Shown: positions 42,492-50,244 of the stretch, one piece after another
How positions within the stretch are numbered: the first letter of the stretch is position 1
Layout of the letters: each line of letters starts with the position of its first letter
IMG/VR virus record: IMGVR_UViG_3300032212_000015
Span: 1 to 50,244 of that record
Direction: 5' to 3' (one strand)
DNA: 50,244 nucleotides
From: a virus
Lineage: Duplodnaviria; Caudoviricetes
Program-made: the position numbers and the translations under genes
The notes under the pieces: generated by a model
Databases searched by the model: none
Told to the model about the DNA's origin: nothing
Seen by the model: only the letters and a program-made list of their open reading frames with translations

Positions 42492-44567
42492 TTAAACAGG
42501 GTTTTTAGCCATTGTGCGGAAACTTAGTGGACTTACGCCTGCATCCATACGCACTTTGAATTCGGTACCATCAACCATCCAGCCTGCTTGTTGCTCAAGC
42601 ACTGGTCGATCGTTTCCATCCAGGTAAGAAACTTCAATGGTGTCGTGCATACCGGAGTTTGCAGCGCCATACCAGTTCGATGCACTAGCTGCATCCAAAC
42701 GAGCATCAGAAATCACCTCAAATGTACCACGCACACTGTTTGGCACAGTGTTGTTTTTGGCGCTTGCTCCGACTTCAAACTCTGAATCACGCACGACTTT
42801 TGCTGTGCCTTCAAGGGCTATTGGAACCAACAAGTTTGCTAGGCGGATATTAAGTGTGGCATCACCTTGTTTCTGTTTAGCCATTGCAACACGCATTGCA
42901 TCTACCGATGCTGTACTAATTGCGGCACCTGTTAACAAGTTGGAATGGTCTGCATGGAATAACGCTGTACCATCAGACATTGCAGGATTGCTGGTTAGAA
43001 TTGCGTAGACCAAATCACCAACTGTACGAATTGCAGCACGCCCCATTTTCATTGGTATGCGTGTAAATGCCGACAGGTCATCATTGATAATTGTCTGGCG
43101 GTTTATACTGAATAACTCGCCATATGTGGCCAACTGAATTGTTTCGCCGCTATCGCCAACCGTTGCGTATTTGTATTCTGCGCCTGGGCGTACTTGTCGA
43201 AGCGAAGGGAATGTGTCTAAATCACTACGATTAGCCACTTTAAAATCTGGTAATTCACCCACGTTTGTCCATGCTTGGAATGTTTCCTCGGCTTCGTCAT
43301 AGCCTTTAAGCATCGCTTTGTTTGCCACATTTGCTAGTAGGTTTGTAAAGTCTGAACCTCCGTGCGTGAACGCGGCAGCAACCACTTCCATTTTGTCCAT
43401 TTGCTCGGTTTTTACACCAGCGATGGACAAATACTTTCTTGCCATTTCCATCAACGAATAACCACGAAAGTTATTACGGCTATCATCTTTCTGCGCCAAT
43501 CCAGCGCGTACTAGTAACGCTGACTGTGCGCCTTGAGTAAAATTCTCTTGCTCTGTTACAAGCGTTTCAACATGTGGTGTGCGGGCCAAGGGCTCTGCTC
43601 CTTTTCCTAAATGGGCCAATAATTTGGAACTGGCCTGCGCTTCATCAATATCGTGATCGTCAATACAAAGATCCAATATCTCTTGGACACCATCACGACT
43701 TATAAAGGGTTTAAACTCTGAGCGTATAGCACTAACTCGCTGCTTGTTTGCTGCCAACACTTCTGCTGCGCTTGGTGCCGCAGGTGTTGCTGGTTCTGGT
43801 GTTGCTGTTGCGGCTGGTTCAGCAGGTGTTGCTGGGGTCGCCTTTGGTGTTTTACCTTTTGGAATAGGCATAGTTTGTTGCTCCTTTATGGTTTGAAGTG
43901 TGGCGACGACCGCCGCCGGTTTGAAATCTTTGGGTAAACTTGCTTGTAGCTTTGATCCAAGGAATCGCGATTTATCAAAACCTGCGGCTGCTGGCATTTC
44001 TTCTTCGATTATTTCATCAACGAACCCGAACTCCTGTGCTTCTGCGGCTGTATACCAGTGATCTTCACCATCGGTTAATAAATCCATGATGGTTTCTATG
44101 TCTTGCCCGGTTTTTCGTGTGTATGAGCTAGACATTGCTTTGGCATAAGTGTCTAACACGTCGGCGTATTCGCGGAGTTCCTTTGAGTTACCTACCGCAC
44201 CTCCCCAAGGGGCATGCACCATAAAAAGTGCGTTTTCTGCCATCTGTACCGTGTCACCAGCCATTGCAATTAACGAGGCAATTGAAACTGCTACGCCATC
44301 GACACGGACATTAATTTCTGCTTGGTGACTTCGAAGCGCGTTGAATATTGCTATGCCGTCTGATACAGACCCGCCATAGCTATTTATTCGCACTGTGATG
44401 GTTTCTACATCTAATTCTGATAGCTGTTCTGCGGTATCTTTTGCGGTGACGCTTTCGCTCCACCAGCTTTCACCAATGTCGCCATAGATTAACAGCTCTG
44501 CTTCCGATTCCCCCGCTGCGCGGATCTCATAGTTACTCGTCTGTTTCGCTGCTTTCTTTTTTGCCAT
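42492..44567 (-). CDS. ClpP protease-scaffold-major capsid fusion
   Basis: N-terminal S14 domain (RINSYGGSV, MVHAPW), Pro/Ala/Thr linker, capsid part (SDFTNLLANVANK, LATYGELFSINRQTIINDDL). Confidence 0.93.
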   Translation of the reverse strand: MAKKKAAKQTSNYEIRAAGESEAELLIYGDIGESWWSESVTAKDTAEQLSELDVETITVRINSYGGSVSDGIAIFNALRSHQAEINVRVDGVAVSIASLIAMAGDTVQMAENALFMVHAPWGGAVGNSKELREYADVLDTYAKAMSSSYTRKTGQDIETIMDLLTDGEDHWYTAAEAQEFGFVDEIIEEEMPAAAGFDKSRFLGSKLQASLPKDFKPAAVVATLQTIKEQQTMPIPKGKTPKATPATPAEPAATATPEPATPAAPSAAEVLAANKQRVSAIRSEFKPFISRDGVQEILDLCIDDHDIDEAQASSKLLAHLGKGAEPLARTPHVETLVTEQENFTQGAQSALLVRAGLAQKDDSRNNFRGYSLMEMARKYLSIAGVKTEQMDKMEVVAAAFTHGGSDFTNLLANVANKAMLKGYDEAEETFQAWTNVGELPDFKVANRSDLDTFPSLRQVRPGAEYKYATVGDSGETIQLATYGELFSINRQTIINDDLSAFTRIPMKMGRAAIRTVGDLVYAILTSNPAMSDGTALFHADHSNLLTGAAISTASVDAMRVAMAKQKQGDATLNIRLANLLVPIALEGTAKVVRDSEFEVGASAKNNTVPNSVRGTFEVISDARLDAASASNWYGAANSGMHDTIEVSYLDGNDRPVLEQQAGWMVDGTEFKVRMDAGVSPLSFRTMAKNPV

Positions 44568-46080
44568 CGTCGGTTTCCTCTTCCTTTAACGAAGAAGCCC
44601 CGGTTTGTGCCGGGGCTTCGTTTTGTGTGCCTTTGTCGTGTTTCGGGTCGGTGGTAAATATAAGGCCATCATCATCATTTTGCTGCCGCCATACTTTGAT
44701 TTGTTGGCGCACATTCTGAGGATTACCTCCTGCTGAACGTATATTCTGTTGTGCCGATGCATAGCCTGCCCGCTCTTTTCTCTCCATTGCATCGACTTCA
44801 TCTTGCGGTTTTATCCATGGCATTGGTGGCCCACGATAGTCTGCATCGTAAAGGGTTAATGGGTTTATATCTCTGGGCACTTTTATTTGTCTTGATGCTA
44901 TTGCCATTTGTACAAAGCGTGTTTTTATTGGCCGGCTATGCATGCCGACAAACATTCGCGTTAACGCTTCGTAATGAATCCAGTTTTCGACAAGCTCTTG
45001 ACGCTGCGCCGAATAGGTTCCGTTATAATTTTTTGTTATAGAGCTGTTACCGGACCCGGTTCCTGCTGCGACACGGCGCGACATAGTGTCATGAAACGGT
45101 GTTAGTAATGACGATGGGCGGTTGCTGTCAATCGTGCCCACATCTTCACCCTGTCTTAAATTATCAAAACCCATTCCTGGCTTAATGCTGAAGGACCGCT
45201 CTGTTTCTCCGGGTGATGGTGGAGTGTATTCTTCGGGTGTGCCTTTTTTAATATAGAAACTTAATGCCGCTGCTATTCTAGCAGCGACCCTCTCTGATTC
45301 CTCGTAGTCTTTTAAATCTTCAATTCGTGTGATAACGGGCGAGAATATCGATACTCCACGTGCCTGACCGAAACGACCAGCTAATTTTGGGTGTAACATC
45401 TTATCTGCTGAAACACGCTTGGTGTTCAAATCAATTCGCCAAGTATCAGCGCCAGGATGTTGCTTTAAAACATGATATGCGCGCGCTCTATTCCATGCGT
45501 TACGCTCAACCCCTTGAGTAATTTTCTTTGAATCATCATTAAGGTCAAATGGTAATAGATCAGATTCGATCAGCTCAATTGAAAATGGCACTCTACTCCC
45601 GTGATCAAGTCCAGGTATTGAGCCTTCAAGAAATTGAACCAAATACTCTCCGTCACGAAACAATGTACGCGCCGCGAGTCTTTCTGTTGCTACATCATCC
45701 ATACCCCATGTAACATTTAATGTTGGTGCAATATCTTTCCACAGCTCTAATAATTCGTTAGCGAAATCTTCATGAATATCACCGTCGAATGTTTTTGGTA
45801 AAGGCTCCCAGCTTATGCCGTTAGGTCCGACTGTACCATCGACAAGAGTGTCTAGTACCGCACTAGCTAAATCATAATTCTGCTCTAGTTGTCTTGCATA
45901 CCCTCTTAAAGCAGGGCCAGCACGACCGACGACCGAATCACCACTACTATTATCTGGTTTTAATTTACGTAACCGAGATGGGTTTGCTGCCTCGTAAGCT
46001 GCTAGCGCTTTTCGATATTGTTCACGCTTAAACGCCCACGCTGGTGAGACTGTACGTATGGCTGACTCTATAATTTTCAT
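44533..46080 (-). CDS. portal protein, lambda family
   Basis: YEAA, ARQLEQN, GQARGVS, DYEESERVAARIAA, YSAQRQELVE, MPWI.P. Confidence 0.94.
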   Translation of the reverse strand: MKIIESAIRTVSPAWAFKREQYRKALAAYEAANPSRLRKLKPDNSSGDSVVGRAGPALRGYARQLEQNYDLASAVLDTLVDGTVGPNGISWEPLPKTFDGDIHEDFANELLELWKDIAPTLNVTWGMDDVATERLAARTLFRDGEYLVQFLEGSIPGLDHGSRVPFSIELIESDLLPFDLNDDSKKITQGVERNAWNRARAYHVLKQHPGADTWRIDLNTKRVSADKMLHPKLAGRFGQARGVSIFSPVITRIEDLKDYEESERVAARIAAALSFYIKKGTPEEYTPPSPGETERSFSIKPGMGFDNLRQGEDVGTIDSNRPSSLLTPFHDTMSRRVAAGTGSGNSSITKNYNGTYSAQRQELVENWIHYEALTRMFVGMHSRPIKTRFVQMAIASRQIKVPRDINPLTLYDADYRGPPMPWIKPQDEVDAMERKERAGYASAQQNIRSAGGNPQNVRQQIKVWRQQNDDDGLIFTTDPKHDKGTQNEAPAQTGASSLKEEETDDGKKESSETDE

Positions 46081-46298
46081 TATCTAAAGTCCGCCAACGT
46101 CACCATATTTGATCCACCTTTGCTTTTTGACTCTTCTTGTCGTAATTTGTTTTCCCATTCCTGACGACCTTTGCGCAATTCGGTTAAATTTGCACGTGTA
46201 TACGACGTACCATCAATCGAATACGCTTGACCCTTTAGTACTTTTTTTTCTGCTTCGTTGTATAAAGCAATCATTTCGCTGGCTGTACTCATATCCAA
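46080..46298 (-). CDS. gpW-like head-tail joining protein
   Basis: AEKKVLKGQAYSI....TRANL; lies between TerL and portal. Confidence 0.85.
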   Translation of the reverse strand: MDMSTASEMIALYNEAEKKVLKGQAYSIDGTSYTRANLTELRKGRQEWENKLRQEESKSKGGSNMVTLADFR

Positions 46299-48367
46299 TC
46301 GTCTCCACTGGTGTTGATCCAGTTATCTTTTGGTGCTTGATTTGTAATTGGTTCTGATGTCTTGTGCTCAGGCTCACTAAACAAATCAACTTGTTTTAAA
46401 CGCGTTTCTAAATCATCCCAGTGCTTATCAGTCATTAAATGAATTTTTAGTGCTCGTGCTGCATGTAGGTTGTAAACCTCACAGTCCCAAAACTCTACGG
46501 CTTGCCCGGCTTTTTGTTGCCATGCTCGACGACCTGCCCTGTTGGGCGCTTTGACTTCGCCGGTCATTTGTTTGAAGTAATCGTCTCGCACATCTTTGTA
46601 GTAGTGCATGCGACCTGGACCACTAGCGGTCAACTTCATTCGCCCGGCGATTAGGTCTTTTGCTTTGTGTGTACCTATTTGATAGACCAGCAAACCATAT
46701 TTAGCAGCCTTAGTATTGTTGCGACCCTTAGTATCTATTGCGCGTGGTTTGCTGAAGATCTCCCGCGATCCATAGTCATTGGATGAGCCTTTACCTGCCA
46801 TTAACATCACGCCATGCCTTTGACGTGATCTTACATTAGTATACGCTGCATCGGATGTTGTGCCGTCCGATGTATCAATGGTTATTCCTTCTATGCGCAG
46901 CTTGAAACCTTGCTCATGTTCGATGGGATCAAATAAATATTTATCCAATTCTTTCCAGACCGGATCGTTTTTGTCTATTACGTTGCCATATATCTCTGCA
47001 GCGTAGATCAACCAGCTTTCTTCGCCTTTGCCCCATCCTTTTATTTTTATGGCAATTCGATTGTGCTGAAGATCAACCCCGGCAGTTAACCTGTATGCAC
47101 CAATCGGGACTATTAATTCTTGATAGTCTTCACAGCGTTCACGCAAGATATCCACATCCGGCGCGTCTGACTTAAATTCGTATGATCGCCCTAGCTTTTG
47201 ATTGACAAATTTTATGCGTTTGCTTTCGTCGCCTTGTTCGGCTAGATGTTCAGCTTCTAAATATTCTCGGGCTACATCACCCAATGAGGTGCCAGGGATG
47301 CAGGCATATACTTCGCCTAGTTCTTTAAAACCGGCCTTTCCAAAAAATGGTTTTGTGGCTACCCACCCGCAATTCTCGTCGCCCGCTCCAATGGCGCTGA
47401 ATACGGTTTCTCTGATGTTTTTTTGCCGTTGGTAGTCGTCCCATTCGGATTGGCAGTTGGGGCAAACATAACGCGCCGTCTCTGGCTTTGAATAGCCATA
47501 GATTTCATGACGGTGGCCACTTATTTCACCTGTTTCTTTATCAACATCGATTGCACCTTCTTTGCCATCCCATGTAACGTTATCCCAATCAAGTACATGT
47601 TTATCGCCGCAATCGTGGCATTCTATCGGCAACACTCTTGCGTCGGATGCTTCGATACGATGCTCGGTTTTAGATAAACCCTTGACTGCTGGTGTACCAC
47701 CCACAATCATTTTTGAATTTGTATAGCGTTTTAAACGCTCTTCCAGGTTTGATATTGAATCACCCTGGCCTTTGACGTCGTCGCTGGTGTCGTCTGGCTC
47801 TTCAACAACACCCAGGCCAACAGATGAAACGGACTTTACATTACCCGGTGAATTTGACCCGACAATGTTTAAAAATCCATTATCCCAGCTTTTTAAATCC
47901 CACCGATTGCCGGACTTGCGCGCCGTGGACATGTCCACAATGTTTTCCAGCCACGTATTTGCTTTCGCTGCTGGTACTAACTTTTGATCGTGGAAGTTTT
48001 TACCATCTTTCTCTTTAGCAAACAGCAACATGATAGGGAGCTGCTTACCGATGGTTGTATCTCTTATGCGTTTGAACACATAAGCAATTAAAAAATAGGT
48101 CCAACCTATCTGCGCTGCTTTCATTAAATCCACTTCGTGGACTTTTGGATCATCTAACGCTGCCGCAACACCGAGAAAATACGGTGCATAATAAAAACTA
48201 TATAATCCACTAATGTCACCGCTAACGGCGGGCAGTTTAAAATGGCTCTTAATCGCTTCTGCTGTGGGCTCTATTTTTGGTATTGTAAAATTATTCGCCG
48301 CTTGCGATAAGATCGCGGCCAACTTTTTCCGCGTGGTCTTTAATTCGCTCGGTTGCAGGGATAGCAA
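46289..48367 (-). CDS. terL: terminase large subunit, lambda GpA family (start uncertain)
   Basis: MKAAQIGWT Walker A, VVEEPD, GGTP, CxxC pairs, TAGVDLQ, DCEVY. Confidence 0.94.
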   Translation of the reverse strand: MLSLQPSELKTTRKKLAAILSQAANNFTIPKIEPTAEAIKSHFKLPAVSGDISGLYSFYYAPYFLGVAAALDDPKVHEVDLMKAAQIGWTYFLIAYVFKRIRDTTIGKQLPIMLLFAKEKDGKNFHDQKLVPAAKANTWLENIVDMSTARKSGNRWDLKSWDNGFLNIVGSNSPGNVKSVSSVGLGVVEEPDDTSDDVKGQGDSISNLEERLKRYTNSKMIVGGTPAVKGLSKTEHRIEASDARVLPIECHDCGDKHVLDWDNVTWDGKEGAIDVDKETGEISGHRHEIYGYSKPETARYVCPNCQSEWDDYQRQKNIRETVFSAIGAGDENCGWVATKPFFGKAGFKELGEVYACIPGTSLGDVAREYLEAEHLAEQGDESKRIKFVNQKLGRSYEFKSDAPDVDILRERCEDYQELIVPIGAYRLTAGVDLQHNRIAIKIKGWGKGEESWLIYAAEIYGNVIDKNDPVWKELDKYLFDPIEHEQGFKLRIEGITIDTSDGTTSDAAYTNVRSRQRHGVMLMAGKGSSNDYGSREIFSKPRAIDTKGRNNTKAAKYGLLVYQIGTHKAKDLIAGRMKLTASGPGRMHYYKDVRDDYFKQMTGEVKAPNRAGRRAWQQKAGQAVEFWDCEVYNLHAARALKIHLMTDKHWDDLETRLKQVDLFSEPEHKTSEPITNQAPKDNWINTSGDDWI

Positions 48368-48947
48368 TGTCTTCCACCAATTTTGGTTCTACTGTTATTT
48401 TGTAGGTGCTTTGTATCTCGCCAACCAACTTGTGAAACCCTTGCTGGATTTCTCGATTTGTTGATCGCGCCCATTCATTCATTACACCCGCGACATCCTC
48501 CCCCAATATTAAATTTCCTAAACGCTCGTTATAATCCAAACGAGCAAGCGCGGTTTTAATCATTGACTCTTCAGCCCGCGCCTTAGATAAATTTGCCTGA
48601 TCATCACCACCACGGCCAGCGGCTTTCTCGCGCATGTCGCGTATATAAGCGGTTGTGATTTCTGATAGTGTATGTTGTTTGTGATCGATATCGAGCGTGC
48701 GCAACACATCACGCAAATTTCGCTCTGACATATCTAAATGTTTTGCAATCTCTACTTGTGTTGGTTTTTCTTCTTTTCGCTTTGCTTCTGTTTTTAAGTG
48801 TTCTATGTACTTTCTTACCAGGCCTATTATGTGGAATTTGCCGTTTTGACGATCTATGATGCCGTCTTTTACAAGCTTTGCCAGTTCGTTTGGTGTAACA
48901 CCAATTAGACGCGATGCCGCATCCGAATCTAGCAATCCTTCACTCAC
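48291..48947 (-). CDS. terS: terminase small subunit, Nu1-like
   Basis: HTH segments (TQVEIAKHLDMSER), AYIRDMREKAAGR, coiled-coil; upstream of GpA. Confidence 0.82.
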   Translation of the reverse strand: MSEGLLDSDAASRLIGVTPNELAKLVKDGIIDRQNGKFHIIGLVRKYIEHLKTEAKRKEEKPTQVEIAKHLDMSERNLRDVLRTLDIDHKQHTLSEITTAYIRDMREKAAGRGGDDQANLSKARAEESMIKTALARLDYNERLGNLILGEDVAGVMNEWARSTNREIQQGFHKLVGEIQSTYKITVEPKLVEDIAIPATERIKDHAEKVGRDLIASGE

Positions 48948-50166
48948 TTAAATCAACACCTCTTTCTTTTGCAATTTCTTCAAATGTTCGACCGTCGCCA
49001 ACTAGCGTGGCTTTTTGCCCGGTGAAGTTTTGCCAGCGATTTATAATTACATCACAGTAATATGTTTCTAATTCCATTAAATATGCTTTGCATGCATTTT
49101 TTTCTGCAGCTATGAGGGTTGATCCAGAACCACCGAATAGATCCAATATTGAACCTATGTTTTTATAATACTCAATTACCCAGTCTATCAAAGCAATAGG
49201 CTTTTGCGTTGGATGAATTCTTTTTATTCCGTTTTCGGAGCCCTTGATCATGCCTTTCCATATATGTCTAAATATTCTAACGCTTGACCATTTTGAGCGA
49301 ACCCATGCTAGCTCGCAATCGGACTGTGTATCTTTGTGTTTTTCTTCAACTCTCTTATCCCAAACAAACCAACTTGCCGACTGCGGAACCACATGCGCGT
49401 AATAATTAGCGCCCCACCATACCTGCCTGATAATTTTTAGTTCTTCACATATTTTAAATGCTTTCTCTGCGTATTCTGTCGAGTCATCTATAAAGTCCGG
49501 CAGCTTACTATTCTCCAATAGCCCCCCCCGATCCGACCTATCTCCTTTTACACCAATACCATAGGGAGGATCCGTATGAACCAAATCTATTTTTTCACCA
49601 TCCAAAAGCGTTAGTATTTGTTCCTTGCATGTTGAGTCTCCACACATTAAGCGATGGCTTCCTAGTTTCCAAACATCGCCCTTAACGGTTATTGGTTCGC
49701 TTTCTAATCCTTTGACCTCATCTTCGTCCGTTAGCCCCTGAGAACTATTAGCTGCCTGGATTATGTTAGCGATATCGTTCTCGCTAAACCCCGTCAAGGT
49801 GTTGTCATAACCCATTTCGGCTAAGTCGCCTAACTCCAAAGCTAGCAGCTCTTCATCCCAGCCAGCTTTTTCTGCCAGCTTATTGTCAGCAATTACATAA
49901 GCACGTTTTTGTGCTTCGTTTAAATGCGACAATTCAATAACAGGAACCTCGGACATGCCAAGTTTTTGCGCTGCCATCAATCGACCGTGACCAGCGATTA
50001 TGCCGTTGCTACCATCCACCAAAATCGGGTTAGTAAAACCAAATTCATTAATTGACGTGGCAACCTCTGAAATTTGCTCATCGCTATGCGTTCGAGTATT
50101 ACGCACATATGGCACCAATAAGGCAACATCACGATATTCTATTTTTAATTGCTCTTTTGTCTTCAA
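48940..50166 (-). CDS. ParB-like domain plus DNA (N6-A/N4-C) methyltransferase
   Basis: PYVRNTRTH, IIAGHGRL, IADNK; TDPPY, HPTQKP, DLFGGSGST. Confidence 0.93.
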   Translation of the reverse strand: MKTKEQLKIEYRDVALLVPYVRNTRTHSDEQISEVATSINEFGFTNPILVDGSNGIIAGHGRLMAAQKLGMSEVPVIELSHLNEAQKRAYVIADNKLAEKAGWDEELLALELGDLAEMGYDNTLTGFSENDIANIIQAANSSQGLTDEDEVKGLESEPITVKGDVWKLGSHRLMCGDSTCKEQILTLLDGEKIDLVHTDPPYGIGVKGDRSDRGGLLENSKLPDFIDDSTEYAEKAFKICEELKIIRQVWWGANYYAHVVPQSASWFVWDKRVEEKHKDTQSDCELAWVRSKWSSVRIFRHIWKGMIKGSENGIKRIHPTQKPIALIDWVIEYYKNIGSILDLFGGSGSTLIAAEKNACKAYLMELETYYCDVIINRWQNFTGQKATLVGDGRTFEEIAKERGVDLSE

Positions 50167-50189
50167 ATATTCAACCCATAATTAGTCGG

Positions 50190-50244
50190 AACCGGAACCC
50201 CCTATAGGCCCGCAAATCTATAAAAAAACTGCGCGCTACGTACC
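50190..50244 (-). other. putative lambda-like cos end of module B at the window end
   Basis: The minus strand begins GGTACGTAGCG CGCAGTTTT, compare lambda GGGCGGCGACCT CGCGGGTTTT; upstream of MTase-terS. Confidence 0.45.

Larger units (their letters stand above)
1..50244. mobile_element. temperate siphophage DNA with two morphogenesis modules
   Basis: All recognisable genes are phage genes; one int/att/immunity/replication set; two terminase-portal-capsid-tail sets. Confidence 0.92.

Overview
The whole window is temperate siphophage DNA with no host genes; the tRNA-His att core suggests a gammaproteobacterial host. It has one lambdoid control region (Q, nin genes, DnaB, initiator, cro/cI, recombination genes, xis/int; ~15.5-28.9 kb), one attP-like site (3' half of tRNA-His, 28982-29028) and one lysis block (~29.2-31.6 kb), but TWO complete, mostly non-homologous virion morphogenesis modules on the minus strand. 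Module A (1-12.5 kb) is HK97-type: HNH, P27-like TerS, TerL, portal, ClpP protease, HK97 capsid, 134-aa tail tube, 508-aa tape measure. Module B (31.6-50.2 kb) is lambda-type: ParB-MTase, Nu1-like TerS, GpA TerL, gpW, lambda portal, ClpP-capsid fusion, 312-aa tail tube, 590-aa tape measure. Both end in nearly the same tail-tip gene: 1-1908 is an indel-free, mostly synonymously diverged copy of 35528-37435. The first 127 nt of the window are identical to 35528-35654, so 1-35527 closes into a complete 35.5-kb circular phage, and the right end looks like a lambda-type cos end. This could be a dual-virion element or cointegrate, tandem prophages, or a lasso-shaped assembly of two related phages that swapped head/tail modules; the sequence alone cannot separate these. 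Also notable is a putative fibre operon (12.5-15.0 kb) whose largest protein has nine consecutive 20-aa repeat units. All family calls come from motif recognition and gene order, not database searches.
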